Notes under the pieces: model-generated
The model's database searches: none
What the model saw: only the letters and a program-made list of their open reading frames with translations
Told to the model about the DNA's origin: nothing
Source: Gammaproteobacteria bacterium
GTDB lineage: Bacteria; Pseudomonadota; Gammaproteobacteria; CAJXQU01
Direction of reading: 5' to 3'
Length of the DNA stretch: 64,000 bases
NCBI GenBank assembly: GCA_965238175.1
Contig: CBDEGZ010000003.1
Location: 384,001-448,000, forward strand
Program-made: the position numbers and the translations under genes
Part shown: positions 30,674 through 41,618 of the stretch, in pieces
Numbering within the stretch: the first letter of the stretch is position 1
How the letters are laid out: each line of letters starts with the position of its first letter

Positions 30674-31434
30674 AGTTCAAGGAATTAGATAAGAAATTAC
30701 GAGTTTTTGAAACCGCACATGATCATTGTGTTTTACCTGGCGTGTACATTGTAGCTAGAATTGACGGAAGATGTTTTACAACTTTAACCAAAGATAAACA
30801 TCCGTTTGAAGCCCCCTATGACCCTAAGTTCAGAGATATGATGATTGAAACTGTGAAACATTTAATGCAATGTGGTTTCAAAGTTCTTTATGGATATACT
30901 CAAAGCGATGAAATATCACTGCTCTTAGATTTAAATGAGAATACATTCGAAAGAAAGGAACGAAAGATCAATTCAGTGCTAGCGGGAGAGGCAAGTGCGA
31001 AGTTTAGTTTGCTTCTTGGCGATATCGGAGCTTTTGATTGCCGTATTTGTCAACTTCCGAATAGGCAACTTGTAATCGACTACTTTCGCTGGAGAAACGA
31101 AGATGCCCATAGAAACGCCTTAAATTCCCACTGTTATTGGAGCCTTAGGAAGGAGGGTGTATCTCCAAAAGAGTCAGCTGCTACCTTTACAAAAATGTCT
31201 GTGGCGCAGAAAAATGAGTTCCTTTTTCAAAAAGGCACTAATTTTAATGATTTGCCAAGTTGGCAAAAAAGAGGACTGGGGGTGTATTGGGAGTCTTACG
31301 AAAAAGACGGCCTTAACCCAAGTACGAGGGAAAAGGTTAAAACTAATCGTAATCTTCTTAAGACCAATCTAGATCTCCCTATGAAAGAAAAATATAGCGA
31401 TTTTATTCGTAACTTCGTGTCTGAACTCGTATAA
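30670..31434 (+). CDS. Thg1-like protein (tRNA-His guanylyltransferase / 3'-5' RNA polymerase family)
   Basis: ARIDGRCF and YTQSDEISL catalytic carboxylates, FDCR, YFRWRNEDAHRNALN, LPSWQKRG. Confidence 0.92.
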   Translation: MKFKELDKKLRVFETAHDHCVLPGVYIVARIDGRCFTTLTKDKHPFEAPYDPKFRDMMIETVKHLMQCGFKVLYGYTQSDEISLLLDLNENTFERKERKINSVLAGEASAKFSLLLGDIGAFDCRICQLPNRQLVIDYFRWRNEDAHRNALNSHCYWSLRKEGVSPKESAATFTKMSVAQKNEFLFQKGTNFNDLPSWQKRGLGVYWESYEKDGLNPSTREKVKTNRNLLKTNLDLPMKEKYSDFIRNFVSELV

Positions 31435-31545
31435 CAAACGGCTCTACACAAACACCCAAACCTACGAGGTTTTTGTGGATTTAGCTATGCTACACTTTAC
31501 CATAAAACCTCTCCGGCTTCGGTGCTGGTAAGCCGAGCGCTAGGC
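31429..31545 (+). repeat. attC site 2 (R' GTT mutated to GCT)
   Basis: R'' GTATAAC ... GCTAGGC; palindromic arms (CGGCT/AGCCG, GAGGTTTT/AAAACCTC); central CACTTTACC..AAAACC shared with attC1. Confidence 0.75.
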
Positions 31546-31587
31546 TAAAAATTACTCATCTATATACATTTAATAAAGAGGATATAA

Positions 31588-32364
31588 GTGAAAACGTTCT
31601 TAAAAATACTTGCCGGTATAGGTGCTATAGTGGTAATTGTTATTGTTGCCGTATTATTCATGACTTCTGGCATGTCTGACACGGCAGACAAGTTCTTTGA
31701 GTCTGTGAAATCTGATAATTATGATGAGGCGTACTCATTATTATCAGAAGACTTTAAGAACAATACAAGCAAGAGTCAACTTAAAGAATACCTAACTAAA
31801 AATGCGCTAACCCATTTTAAAAAAGCAAGTTGGGAAAGTCGATCTACTAATGGAGGACGTGGTGAGTTAACAGGCTCTATTATAACTGAATCAGGTGGTG
31901 GTGTACCAGTTTCTCTTAGTTTCATTAAAGGCGAAAACGATTGGAAAATATACTCAATTAGAAAGCCCACCTCTGGCATACAAGAAGAAACTGAAACTGC
32001 ACAAATCCCATCCGAAAAAGACCAAGTCAAGCTAGTTAATGAATCTATGCATCTATTTGCTGTTTCTGTAAAAGAAAAAAACATGTCTAAGATGTTTGAT
32101 CATGTTTCAAACCTTTGGCAAAAGCAAATCAGCGTTATCGAATTTGATGAAATATTCGGCTCATTTTATCAATTTGGTGATGCACTAATGATACTGGATC
32201 AACACTCACCACAATTTTCAGAAAAAGGCTCAATCAATGAAGAAGGGGTTTTATTGCTAAAAGGTTTATACCCCACCAAACCAAGTCAATTATATTTTGA
32301 ACAAAAATACATCTATGAGGGTTTAGGTTGGAAGTTAATAGGACTCAATGTCAATATTAAATAG
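31588..32364 (+). CDS. Membrane-anchored hypothetical cassette protein with two similar NTF2/DUF4864-like modules
   Basis: N-terminal TM; modules FFESVK..YDEAYSLLSEDFK...WKI and FAVSVK..MFDHVSNLWQ...WKL. Confidence 0.65.
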   Translation: MKTFLKILAGIGAIVVIVIVAVLFMTSGMSDTADKFFESVKSDNYDEAYSLLSEDFKNNTSKSQLKEYLTKNALTHFKKASWESRSTNGGRGELTGSIITESGGGVPVSLSFIKGENDWKIYSIRKPTSGIQEETETAQIPSEKDQVKLVNESMHLFAVSVKEKNMSKMFDHVSNLWQKQISVIEFDEIFGSFYQFGDALMILDQHSPQFSEKGSINEEGVLLLKGLYPTKPSQLYFEQKYIYEGLGWKLIGLNVNIK

Positions 32365-32367
32365 AAA

Positions 32368-32454
32368 GACTAACAAAAACATTAAGTCGTTTTCTGCACT
32401 CACTGGGGTGTTCCGCTCGCATCTCGCTACGCCCCCTTTATGTTGGCGTTACAT
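32368..32454 (+). repeat. attC site 3
   Basis: R'' GACTAAC ... R' GTTACAT; AACATTAAG/CTTTATGTT and GGGGTG/CGCCCC arms. Confidence 0.72.
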
Positions 32455-32482
32455 TAATGTTACATTGAATTTAGGTGAAAGA

Positions 32483-33256
32483 ATGAGCAAATACATGCTA
32501 GTTATTTTTGCGCTTACGTTTTCCTGCTTTGCTTTTTCTCAAGGTGAGCAAAGCTCTGCTAAATATGTGACATATGGAGAGCTAATTAACTCTTTAGAAG
32601 AAATCGCAAAAAATAGCTTTGAAGATTCTGAAGTTCTTAGACGTGAATTTGTTAAATTACAAAAGTCTCATGATGTGTCAAGTAGTGAGAATATTTATCG
32701 TAAATTCGTGCGAGTGCGAATGGCTTTCGAGGCCACAAGAGATTCAGGATTATGGCAATTACGCTGGGCTGTAACGAACAAAGAACCAAATTCCAGTTCA
32801 ATTTGGAGTCAATGGAATCATCTTTCAAATCCGAAGTATATTGAAGAAAATGATGCGGAGCCCACTGCTGTGGCGGAATGTGATGAGCTTTCGGCGTTAT
32901 TTGCCTTCATTTCCAGAGGGTTAGGTGTGAAGAACGTCGGCCTCTTCTGGCCAACTTGGAACCATACTGTGGCCGTGTGGACGACGGAAAACAAGAACGG
33001 TAATCTTGTGCGTATTGTTATCCCTACATCTCAAATATTCATTAGCGAAAATGCAACATTGGGCACTAAAGAGTTTGATCCTTATAAACAGAAAAATATT
33101 TATGAATATAGCCGTAAGGATATACAGAAAGATCATAAGATCTCAGCGGGGTTGGCGGAAATGATGATCCGGCAGGTTAAAGAATACGGCGCTAAGCCAT
33201 CCTCTTATTTGCAAGACCGTAGAAATCGGCTATCTCAACTGTTTGGTGGATCATAA
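32483..33256 (+). CDS. Secreted hypothetical cassette protein, transglutaminase-like Cys/His motif
   Basis: Start set to MSKYML (signal peptide) after attC3; AECDELSALF and NHTVAVW. Confidence 0.65.
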   Translation: MSKYMLVIFALTFSCFAFSQGEQSSAKYVTYGELINSLEEIAKNSFEDSEVLRREFVKLQKSHDVSSSENIYRKFVRVRMAFEATRDSGLWQLRWAVTNKEPNSSSIWSQWNHLSNPKYIEENDAEPTAVAECDELSALFAFISRGLGVKNVGLFWPTWNHTVAVWTTENKNGNLVRIVIPTSQIFISENATLGTKEFDPYKQKNIYEYSRKDIQKDHKISAGLAEMMIRQVKEYGAKPSSYLQDRRNRLSQLFGGS

Positions 33257-33522
33257 ACTTTAAGTCAGCAGGACGCCGCTCGCGGTGCCTCTTGTCGTCA
33301 CCCATGCAATAAGCGATATAGCATTTCAAATAAAACTTTCACACAAGCCTAGTGAAAAAGATATTCTGGAAAATTTAGTGTCTGTTGGAAAGAAATTTTA
33401 TTCAAACATTCAGTTTATGGAAAGTAGGCTTAAATAACTTAGGTATAAACAAGAACAATTAAGAAGGACAAACCTCCGTAGCTTGCCCTCATTGCAGGCA
33501 TTATGTGTATTGAGGATAATTA

Positions 33523-33785
33523 GTGACTTTAGAAAATCTAAATGATAACGAAATTAGTATTGTTGGCGAGTACCTAGATAATGCTGCAAATGGGCCATTT
33601 TTCCCAACTGGGAGTTTGAAACATTGTTTGGAGTTAGTAGAAAAGAAATCAAAAATGTCGCAAATAACTTCCCCAATGTTGTGACAGTCCAGAAGAAAAA
33701 AATAATGATAGTTCGCTCATTATTAACAACACACTTGTTAGTTTAGTTGGTTACCCGCATCAATTCGATGGCAAATTGAAATGAT
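33523..33785 (+). pseudogene. Frameshifted small cassette-type gene
   Basis: RBS GAGG + GTG; NEISIVGEYL..ANGPFFP then frame change to WEFETLFGVSR, later LVGYPH; preceded by degenerate attC-like sequence. Confidence 0.5.
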
Positions 33786-33930
33786 TTAAAACTTTTAAAG
33801 GCCTTGGCTTCTTTGGCAATTCTGACCAGAATCAATAGTTCATCCAACAGCTCTCGTAAAACGAAAAGATGAGGTCATTTATCTCTTGCAGCATTGGCCT
33901 TCATAATCTGGGAAACTACTTCGCGACTTT

Positions 33931-34962
<1,032 letters not shown>

Positions 34963-35020
34963 TTATTGCCCCAATCGTACAATCATTAAGTGTCGTCGAA
35001 AGCGTGCTATTATACGAAGC

Positions 35021-36328
35021 ATGGTGCAATCCTCCAATGATATTATCCCTTTCCCATCAAAACCACGTATTTATAAACGATCAGAGCACAATATTTCACG
35101 CGACGCCATCTCGGAACAAGCATTAAAAGTACTCTATCGACTCCAACAAGCAGGTTACCAGGCGCATCTTGTTGGAGGTGGTGTACGTGATATTTTACTC
35201 GGCGTGGCTCCCAAAGATTTTGATATCGCGACCGATGCCAAGCCCGAACAGGTTCGTGAACTATTTCGAAATTGCAGATTAATCGGTCGTCGTTTTCGGC
35301 TTGCACACGTCCATTTTGGTCGTGAGATTATCGAAGTTGCAACGTTTCGGGCCAATCATGAAACAGGCGGTGATCGATTAATCGAAGACGGTATGATCCT
35401 GCGTGACAATGTTTATGGTGATATTGATGATGATGTCTGGCGACGCGACTTTACTGTCAATGCGCTTTACTACAATATCGCCGATTTTTCGATCGTTGAT
35501 TATGTCGGTGGCGTCGAAGATGTAAAAGCAGGGCTGATTAAATTCATCGGCGATCCGGAAGAACGTTACCGTGAAGATCCTGTGCGAATGCTACGCGCGA
35601 TCAGATTCGCGGCTAAACTCGATTTCACAATCGATCGAGCTACAGAAAAGTCGATCTCGGAACTCACCTATCTGCTCGGCGACATTCCAACCGCGCGCTT
35701 ATTTGAGGAAGTAAACAAACTCTTCCTCAGCGGTTATGCTCTAAAAACCTTTACGCAACTCCGTCATTACGGATTATTTGATCAATTATTTCCACAAGTT
35801 GAAAAGAGCCTGCAAGAAGAAAAAAATAGCTTTACAGAAAAAATATTGATCCAGGCGCTAAAAAATACCGATGAACGAATTGCGATCGGCAAACCAATTA
35901 ACCCTGCTTTTCTATACTCGGTAATGTTGTGGCAACCAATGCAAGAACATCTCAACCACTTCCTTAGCAATGGTGCCCACCCCGTAGAAGCTCAGCGCTT
36001 GGCCGCGGATACGGTCATCTCAAAACAAATCGCGAAAGTGGCTGTTCCGCGACGATTTACTCATATGGTACGTGAGATCTGGGAACTGCAGCACCGCTTA
36101 CAAAATCGACGTGGTAAGAAACCTTATAACCTACTACACAACAAACGTTTCCGGGCAGCGTATGACTTTTTGCTACTGCGGTCAGAAGTCGATGAAACCC
36201 AAAAAGAACTAGCTGATTGGTGGACTGAGTTTCAGGATGTTGATGAAGATCGTCAGCGTGAAATGCAAACCGGTTTACCTGCGGATAAATCAAAACGTCG
36301 TCGTTCAAGAAAACGCAAAAAGTCTTAA
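35021..36328 (+). CDS. pcnB: Poly(A) polymerase I
   Basis: VGGGVRD, KDFDIAT, PAP signature LIGRRFRLAHV, RRDFTVN, EDPVRMLRA; start set to ATG 35021. Confidence 0.95.
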   Translation: MVQSSNDIIPFPSKPRIYKRSEHNISRDAISEQALKVLYRLQQAGYQAHLVGGGVRDILLGVAPKDFDIATDAKPEQVRELFRNCRLIGRRFRLAHVHFGREIIEVATFRANHETGGDRLIEDGMILRDNVYGDIDDDVWRRDFTVNALYYNIADFSIVDYVGGVEDVKAGLIKFIGDPEERYREDPVRMLRAIRFAAKLDFTIDRATEKSISELTYLLGDIPTARLFEEVNKLFLSGYALKTFTQLRHYGLFDQLFPQVEKSLQEEKNSFTEKILIQALKNTDERIAIGKPINPAFLYSVMLWQPMQEHLNHFLSNGAHPVEAQRLAADTVISKQIAKVAVPRRFTHMVREIWELQHRLQNRRGKKPYNLLHNKRFRAAYDFLLLRSEVDETQKELADWWTEFQDVDEDRQREMQTGLPADKSKRRRSRKRKKS

Positions 36329-36393
36329 TTTTAAAGCTTTAAATCACCGAAAACGGCACTGAATCTGTCCGAACATTTCAGTACAATAATCAA

Positions 36394-36891
36394 ATGTCAG
36401 AATTCAACGCCTATATTGGTCTCGGAAGTAATCTCGAAGATCCTATCAAACAAGTTCGTACCGCGCTCCAAGAGTTAGATCAAATTAAATCAAGCAAATT
36501 GATCAAACATTCATCGCTTTATAAAAGTGATCCTGTTGGGCCTGCTGGTCAGCCGGATTACATTAATGCCGTTGCTGAGATCAAAACGCGACTCAAGCCA
36601 ATAACTTTATTACAAGCTTTGCAGGCAATAGAACAGGATCATCAACGCGTTCGTTTAAAACGTTGGGGTCCTCGAACGTTGGATCTTGATCTCTTGATTT
36701 ATGCGGATCAAAAAATTGATGAGCCGGATTTAATCGTCCCACATATTATGATCGCAGAACGTTCATTTGTACTTTACCCTCTGGCAGAAATTGCATCTGA
36801 TATCCAAATTCCAGGGTTAGCATCAATGCCAGAGTTGCTTAAAAACGTGTCCAGAAAAGGACTTTCTAAATTATCAAACGAGACCTTTTAG
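36394..36891 (+). CDS. folK: 2-amino-4-hydroxy-6-hydroxymethyldihydropteridine pyrophosphokinase
   Basis: IGLGSNL, QPDYINAV, RWGPRTLDLD. Confidence 0.96.
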   Translation: MSEFNAYIGLGSNLEDPIKQVRTALQELDQIKSSKLIKHSSLYKSDPVGPAGQPDYINAVAEIKTRLKPITLLQALQAIEQDHQRVRLKRWGPRTLDLDLLIYADQKIDEPDLIVPHIMIAERSFVLYPLAEIASDIQIPGLASMPELLKNVSRKGLSKLSNETF

Positions 36892-36926
36892 TTTGGTTTG
36901 TGTAGTTAGTTTAAGAGTAGCAAGGA

Positions 36927-37568
36927 ATGAATAATCCTCTCAAATATATTGTGGTTGAAGGTTCGATTGGGGTTGGAAAAACAACACTGGCGAAACGCTT
37001 AGCAAAGCATTTTGGATCGGATCTTATCCTCGAAGGCGCAGCCGAAAATCCTTTCTTACCCTCATTTTATGAGAATCCAGCGGGTGCGGCACTCGCCGCT
37101 CAGCTTTTCTTCTTATTTCAGCGCATTGAACAGATCAAATCGATGATTCAGGACGACATGTTTAATCCAGTGCGCGTTGCTGATTTTATGCTCGAAAAAG
37201 ATCGCTTGTTTGCGGAACTGACATTGACAGAAGAGGAACTGAAGTTATACGACCAGGTCTACGCTGAAATGGCTGTTGATGCACCAACCCCCGATCTGGT
37301 GATCTATTTGCAAGCACCCATAGAAATTTTGTTAGCGCGGATAAAAAAACGCGGAATTGATCATGAACAGGGAATGGATGCAGATTATCTTCAACGATTA
37401 AGTGAAGCCTATGTGCGATTTTTCTATCACTACAAAAAAGCGCCTTTGCTGATCATAAACACAACCGAGGTAAATTTTGCCGAAGGTGAAGAAGATTTTG
37501 CTATGCTACTCTCTCACATCAGAGAATTACCCAGAGGCGTAACCTACTTTAATCAAATGACGAATTAA
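36927..37568 (+). CDS. Deoxynucleoside kinase
   Basis: VEGSIGVGKTT, NPFL..FY, PDLVIYL, RIKKRG. Confidence 0.9.
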   Translation: MNNPLKYIVVEGSIGVGKTTLAKRLAKHFGSDLILEGAAENPFLPSFYENPAGAALAAQLFFLFQRIEQIKSMIQDDMFNPVRVADFMLEKDRLFAELTLTEEELKLYDQVYAEMAVDAPTPDLVIYLQAPIEILLARIKKRGIDHEQGMDADYLQRLSEAYVRFFYHYKKAPLLIINTTEVNFAEGEEDFAMLLSHIRELPRGVTYFNQMTN

Positions 37569-37570
37569 AC

Positions 37571-38389
37571 ATGAAAAAAGTATCTCCAAAAAAATCCCAA
37601 AAAATATCAGTCACCCGACTACGTCAAATGAAAAAAGAGGGCGAAAAAATCGCCATTTTAACGTCTTATGACGCGACCTTTTCCGCATTATTAGATGAAG
37701 CAGGTGTCGATGTACAACTTGTGGGGGATTCGCTTGGCATGGTCATCCACGGTCAAGATTCCACCGTCTCCGTGACTATCGAAGATATGATCTACCATTC
37801 TTCCATAGTCAGTCAGGCAAACAAGCGTAGTTTGATCATCACTGATATGCCGTTTATGAGCTATGCAACACCAGAACAAGCCATGACAAACGCTGCGAGA
37901 TTAATGAGTGAAGGCGGGGCAGAAGTGATCAAAATGGAAGGTGGTGCATGGTTAGAAGAGACCATCTCTCTACTTAGTTCACGGGGAATTCCTGTCTGTG
38001 CTCATTTAGGTTTATTACCACAATCGGTTCATAAATTAGGTGGTTATCGAGTTCATGGTCGTGATAAGACTAGTGCAAAACAGATCCTGAAAGATGCAAA
38101 AAATCTGGAAAAAGCCGGCGCTGAAATAATGGTTATTGAGCTTGTGACCAGAAAGCTTGCTGCAGAGATCTGCGAGGCTGTTTCAATTCCCGTTATTGGA
38201 ATTGGGGCGGGTTCAGATTGCGACGGCCAAGTGTTGGTTTTACATGACATGCTTGGAATTGGTGGGCGTTACATGAAAATGTGTAAAAACTTTATGGCCG
38301 AAAGTGACAGCATTCAAAACGCGATCAAAAACTATGTGGAAGAAGTCAAAACCGGCTCTTTCCCTGCTAATGAGCACGGTTTCGACTAA
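37571..38389 (+). CDS. panB: 3-methyl-2-oxobutanoate hydroxymethyltransferase
   Basis: TSYD, LVGDSLGM, KMEGG, HLGLLPQ, GIGAG..CDGQVLV. Confidence 0.97.
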   Translation: MKKVSPKKSQKISVTRLRQMKKEGEKIAILTSYDATFSALLDEAGVDVQLVGDSLGMVIHGQDSTVSVTIEDMIYHSSIVSQANKRSLIITDMPFMSYATPEQAMTNAARLMSEGGAEVIKMEGGAWLEETISLLSSRGIPVCAHLGLLPQSVHKLGGYRVHGRDKTSAKQILKDAKNLEKAGAEIMVIELVTRKLAAEICEAVSIPVIGIGAGSDCDGQVLVLHDMLGIGGRYMKMCKNFMAESDSIQNAIKNYVEEVKTGSFPANEHGFD

Positions 38390-39246
38390 TGAATACCATT
38401 ATCCACGTTGCCGAACTAAGAAGTCAGGTGAAAAAATGGCGCATGGCAGGCGAAAGTATTTGCTTAGTTCCGACGATGGGAAATCTGCATGAAGGTCATC
38501 TTGCATTGGTCGACCGGGCTAAACAGTTATCTGATCATGTCATCGCGTCGATTTTTGTTAATCCGATGCAATTTATTCAGGGCGAAGATTTTGCAACCTA
38601 TCCACGAACAATGGAGCAGGATAGCCTCGCTTTATTTGAACGGGGTGTGAACACTCTATTCTCGCCCGAAGTTGATGAAGTTTATCCCGCTGGTTTAGAA
38701 AACCACACCGAAGTTTCAGTTCCGGCATTGGATGGTTTTCTCTGCGGCGCTTCAAGACCAGGACATTTCAGCGGTGTTGCTACGGTCGTTTCAAAATTAT
38801 TCAATCTAGTACAACCTGACACGGCCATCTTTGGTCAAAAAGATTATCAGCAACTGCTAGTGATCAAACACATGGTCAACGATTTATGCATGCCTATCGA
38901 CATACAATCTTTACCAACCGTCAGAGAAGAAGATGGGCTCGCACTCAGCTCACGTAATGGTTATTTAACTGAAAAAGATCGAAAAACAGCGCCAGCGATA
39001 TATCAACAGCTGACCGAAATAACTGAGCAGATCAAAAATGGAAATATAAACTTTTCTGATCTGGAAAAAACCGGTAAAGAAAGTTTAAAACAACTGGGTT
39101 TTGAACCTGAATATTTAAGTATTCGTCGTCAAGATGATCTCAATATCGCAGATCAAAAACGCGATCAAAAACTCATTATTCTTGTCGCCGCACGACTAGG
39201 CACAACTCGTCTTATCGACAATATATTGGTATCTCGATCATTATGA
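38389..39246 (+). CDS. panC: Pantoate-beta-alanine ligase
   Basis: PTMGNLHEGH, SIFVNPMQF, RPGHF, FGQKDYQQ, ALSSRN, RLIDN. Confidence 0.97.
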   Translation: MNTIIHVAELRSQVKKWRMAGESICLVPTMGNLHEGHLALVDRAKQLSDHVIASIFVNPMQFIQGEDFATYPRTMEQDSLALFERGVNTLFSPEVDEVYPAGLENHTEVSVPALDGFLCGASRPGHFSGVATVVSKLFNLVQPDTAIFGQKDYQQLLVIKHMVNDLCMPIDIQSLPTVREEDGLALSSRNGYLTEKDRKTAPAIYQQLTEITEQIKNGNINFSDLEKTGKESLKQLGFEPEYLSIRRQDDLNIADQKRDQKLIILVAARLGTTRLIDNILVSRSL

Positions 39247-40004
39247 CTATTGAAAAAGAAACCGCGAACAGGGCAAATACAGCAGCCGTTATTATCATCG
39301 GAAACGAAATTCTTTCTGGTCGCACACAGGATATTAACCTTTCTTATCTGGGAAAACGTTTTGATCAATTAGGTATTAGTTTGGTCGAAGCGCGCATTGT
39401 TCGCGATGTTCCGGAAGAAATCATTGATGCGGTTAATCATCTAAGAAACGAGTATGAGTATGTATTCACTACTGGTGGAATCGGTCCTACACATGACGAT
39501 ATAACTACCGACTGTATCGCTCAAGCTTTTGGCGTTAACATTGAAATTAACCCTGAAGCAGTAAAATACGTTGCCCATGGTGATAAGCCAGATCAAATTT
39601 CGGACGCTCGAATGAAAATGGCAAAAATCCCAGTCGGTGCAACACTGGTGGATAATCCTGTCAGCGGTGCACCAGGCTATCGACTTGAAAATGTCTATGT
39701 CTTCGCCGGCGTACCCAACATTATGCAAGCAATGTTTGAAGGAATGGCACATGAACTTGTTGGTGGCGATCCTGTTTTGACCAAAACCGTCAGCACACAC
39801 ATGCGCGAAAGCCAGATAGCTGAAGGATTAGAAAAACTACAAAATGAATATCCAGATATCAATATTGGAAGCTACCCGTTTTATAAAGAGCAACGCTTTG
39901 GTGTGAACATTGTCACTCGTGGCACAGATCAAAAGGAACTTGAAACGCTTGATCAAAAATTACGTGATTTGATTATTAAACTTGGACATCAACCAATCAA
40001 ATAA
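39243..40004 (+). CDS. Molybdopterin-binding / CinA N-terminal-like protein
   Basis: IIGNEILSG, TTGGIGPTHDDIT, AGVP, IGSYP. Confidence 0.88.
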   Translation: MTIEKETANRANTAAVIIIGNEILSGRTQDINLSYLGKRFDQLGISLVEARIVRDVPEEIIDAVNHLRNEYEYVFTTGGIGPTHDDITTDCIAQAFGVNIEINPEAVKYVAHGDKPDQISDARMKMAKIPVGATLVDNPVSGAPGYRLENVYVFAGVPNIMQAMFEGMAHELVGGDPVLTKTVSTHMRESQIAEGLEKLQNEYPDINIGSYPFYKEQRFGVNIVTRGTDQKELETLDQKLRDLIIKLGHQPIK

Positions 40005-40031
40005 TGGTAAAGAAGGCAAAAATGAGCTGGC

Positions 40032-41618
40032 TTATAAATCCTTAAATTTCAGATTATATTTATTTAAGTAAACTCTTATTCGCTGTGAATCATTATTAGT
40101 TTCCTTTTTTGAACTACTTCGATTAAAAAGTTGCCTACCTGCATCAGCCATACTTTTGCTTTCTTTGCAGAGACGAATAACATGTGTAAGTTGTGCCTGT
40201 TCAAACAAATCTAGATTTTCATAAGCTCCACTTGTGAGCGTATTTTTAAGCAGCTCATCATCACTATTGCTTTTAGAATCTTTGTAACCATTCCAATCCA
40301 TCTGTAATCGCTGTATTTCATGATCAACAATACTCTCCGTAATTCGGCCACCCGTCGCTAAGGTTGCCATTCGGGTGATACTCGAATTCAGATCACGAAA
40401 GTTTGCTTTCCATTCAGCGAAAGAACTTAACGAGAACGCAAGGTATTTTGATTTTGCCGAGCTGTTAAAACCAATTTTATGATTCATATCCTGTGCATAG
40501 CGTTGAAGTTCATATTCTATATTTGGTTCAATATCTTCATAACGTTCTTTGAGTGAAGGCAGCTGGTAGTTCCACAAGTTGATTCTGGCTAGTAGATCTT
40601 CTCTGAATTTACCTTCTTCAACGAGTTGATAGAGATTGCGATTTGTTCCTGCGATGAGCTGAAAATCGCTGCTGACTTTTTGATCGGAACCAAACGGAGT
40701 AAACACTTTTTCTTCAATCGCTCGTAGTAACATGGCTTGTTCGTCTAAACCGAGCTCACCGATTTCATCCAAAAAAAGTAACCCGTGATTTGCTTCTAAT
40801 AATAATCCATTTCGATTATTCACAGCTCCTGTATAGGCGCCCTTTATATGCCCAAACAGCGTAGACATGGCATTATCACCACGCAATGTTGCGCAATTAA
40901 CTTCGACTAATTGCCCTTTAAGCTGTGTGCGCTGCTGTTTTAATTCGTATATTTTTTTGGCTAAATGTGACTTGCCAACACCAGTTGGTCCCATCAATAA
41001 AATAGGCGCTTTTGATCGAATAGCAACTTGCTCAATTTCATCAATAAGTTGGTTATATCGTTTATTGCGGGTTTCGATTCCATCTTTAAGATAACTAATG
41101 TCTTGTTGGGCATCGCGGTTAAATCGAGAGGCAATTTGATCATAACGAGAAAGATCCAGATCAATAGTAAATAACTCACCATGCGCACCTTCTTTACTCG
41201 GTGCAGTCTGAATCAGTTTACCCGGGAAATAATTCGCTTCAGTCAGCAGATAAATACAGATCTGTGCGACGTGCGTTCCTGTCGTGATATGAAAATGGTA
41301 GTTGTTATTTTCAGGATCAAAATTGTAAGCATGTGAAAAGTCGTGCAGTTGACTATAGACCTGCTCAAAATCCCAGGGATCATCATAGTCTACAAGGTAA
41401 ATAGAAATCTCAATATCCAGGCAAAGAGTGCTGATGTCTTTTAAAGTGAGGTCTAATAATGCCTGATCTTGTTTGTGATAGATCAGGATCAATTCATCAA
41501 CTGGAAACTCATGGTGCATCAACAATGACATGGTTGGACGCCAGCGTAACCAGCGCTTACTTCCAAGGCCTACATTATCAAGACGAGAGCCTAAAATCCC
41601 AATAACTATATTATTCAT
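40032..41618 (-). CDS. rtcR: RNA-repair operon activator RtcR (CARF + sigma54 AAA+)
   Basis: RWLRWRPT, DPWDFEQVY, HITTGTHVAQIC, GPTGVGKS, VNCATLRGD, GAYTGA; divergent from rtcB. Confidence 0.96.
   Translation of the reverse strand: MNNIVIGILGSRLDNVGLGSKRWLRWRPTMSLLMHHEFPVDELILIYHKQDQALLDLTLKDISTLCLDIEISIYLVDYDDPWDFEQVYSQLHDFSHAYNFDPENNNYHFHITTGTHVAQICIYLLTEANYFPGKLIQTAPSKEGAHGELFTIDLDLSRYDQIASRFNRDAQQDISYLKDGIETRNKRYNQLIDEIEQVAIRSKAPILLMGPTGVGKSHLAKKIYELKQQRTQLKGQLVEVNCATLRGDNAMSTLFGHIKGAYTGAVNNRNGLLLEANHGLLFLDEIGELGLDEQAMLLRAIEEKVFTPFGSDQKVSSDFQLIAGTNRNLYQLVEEGKFREDLLARINLWNYQLPSLKERYEDIEPNIEYELQRYAQDMNHKIGFNSSAKSKYLAFSLSSFAEWKANFRDLNSSITRMATLATGGRITESIVDHEIQRLQMDWNGYKDSKSNSDDELLKNTLTSGAYENLDLFEQAQLTHVIRLCKESKSMADAGRQLFNRSSSKKETNNDSQRIRVYLNKYNLKFKDL

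Larger units (their letters stand above)
29551..33790 (+). mobile_element. Integron-type gene-cassette array without integrase in the window (CALIN)
   Basis: Co-oriented genes, each followed by an attC-like palindrome starting at the stop-codon TAAC; no intI ORF seen; limits approximate. Confidence 0.78.

Noticed and set aside
28870-33900. Integron integrase / attI
   Set aside because: No tyrosine recombinase ORF on either strand in the window.
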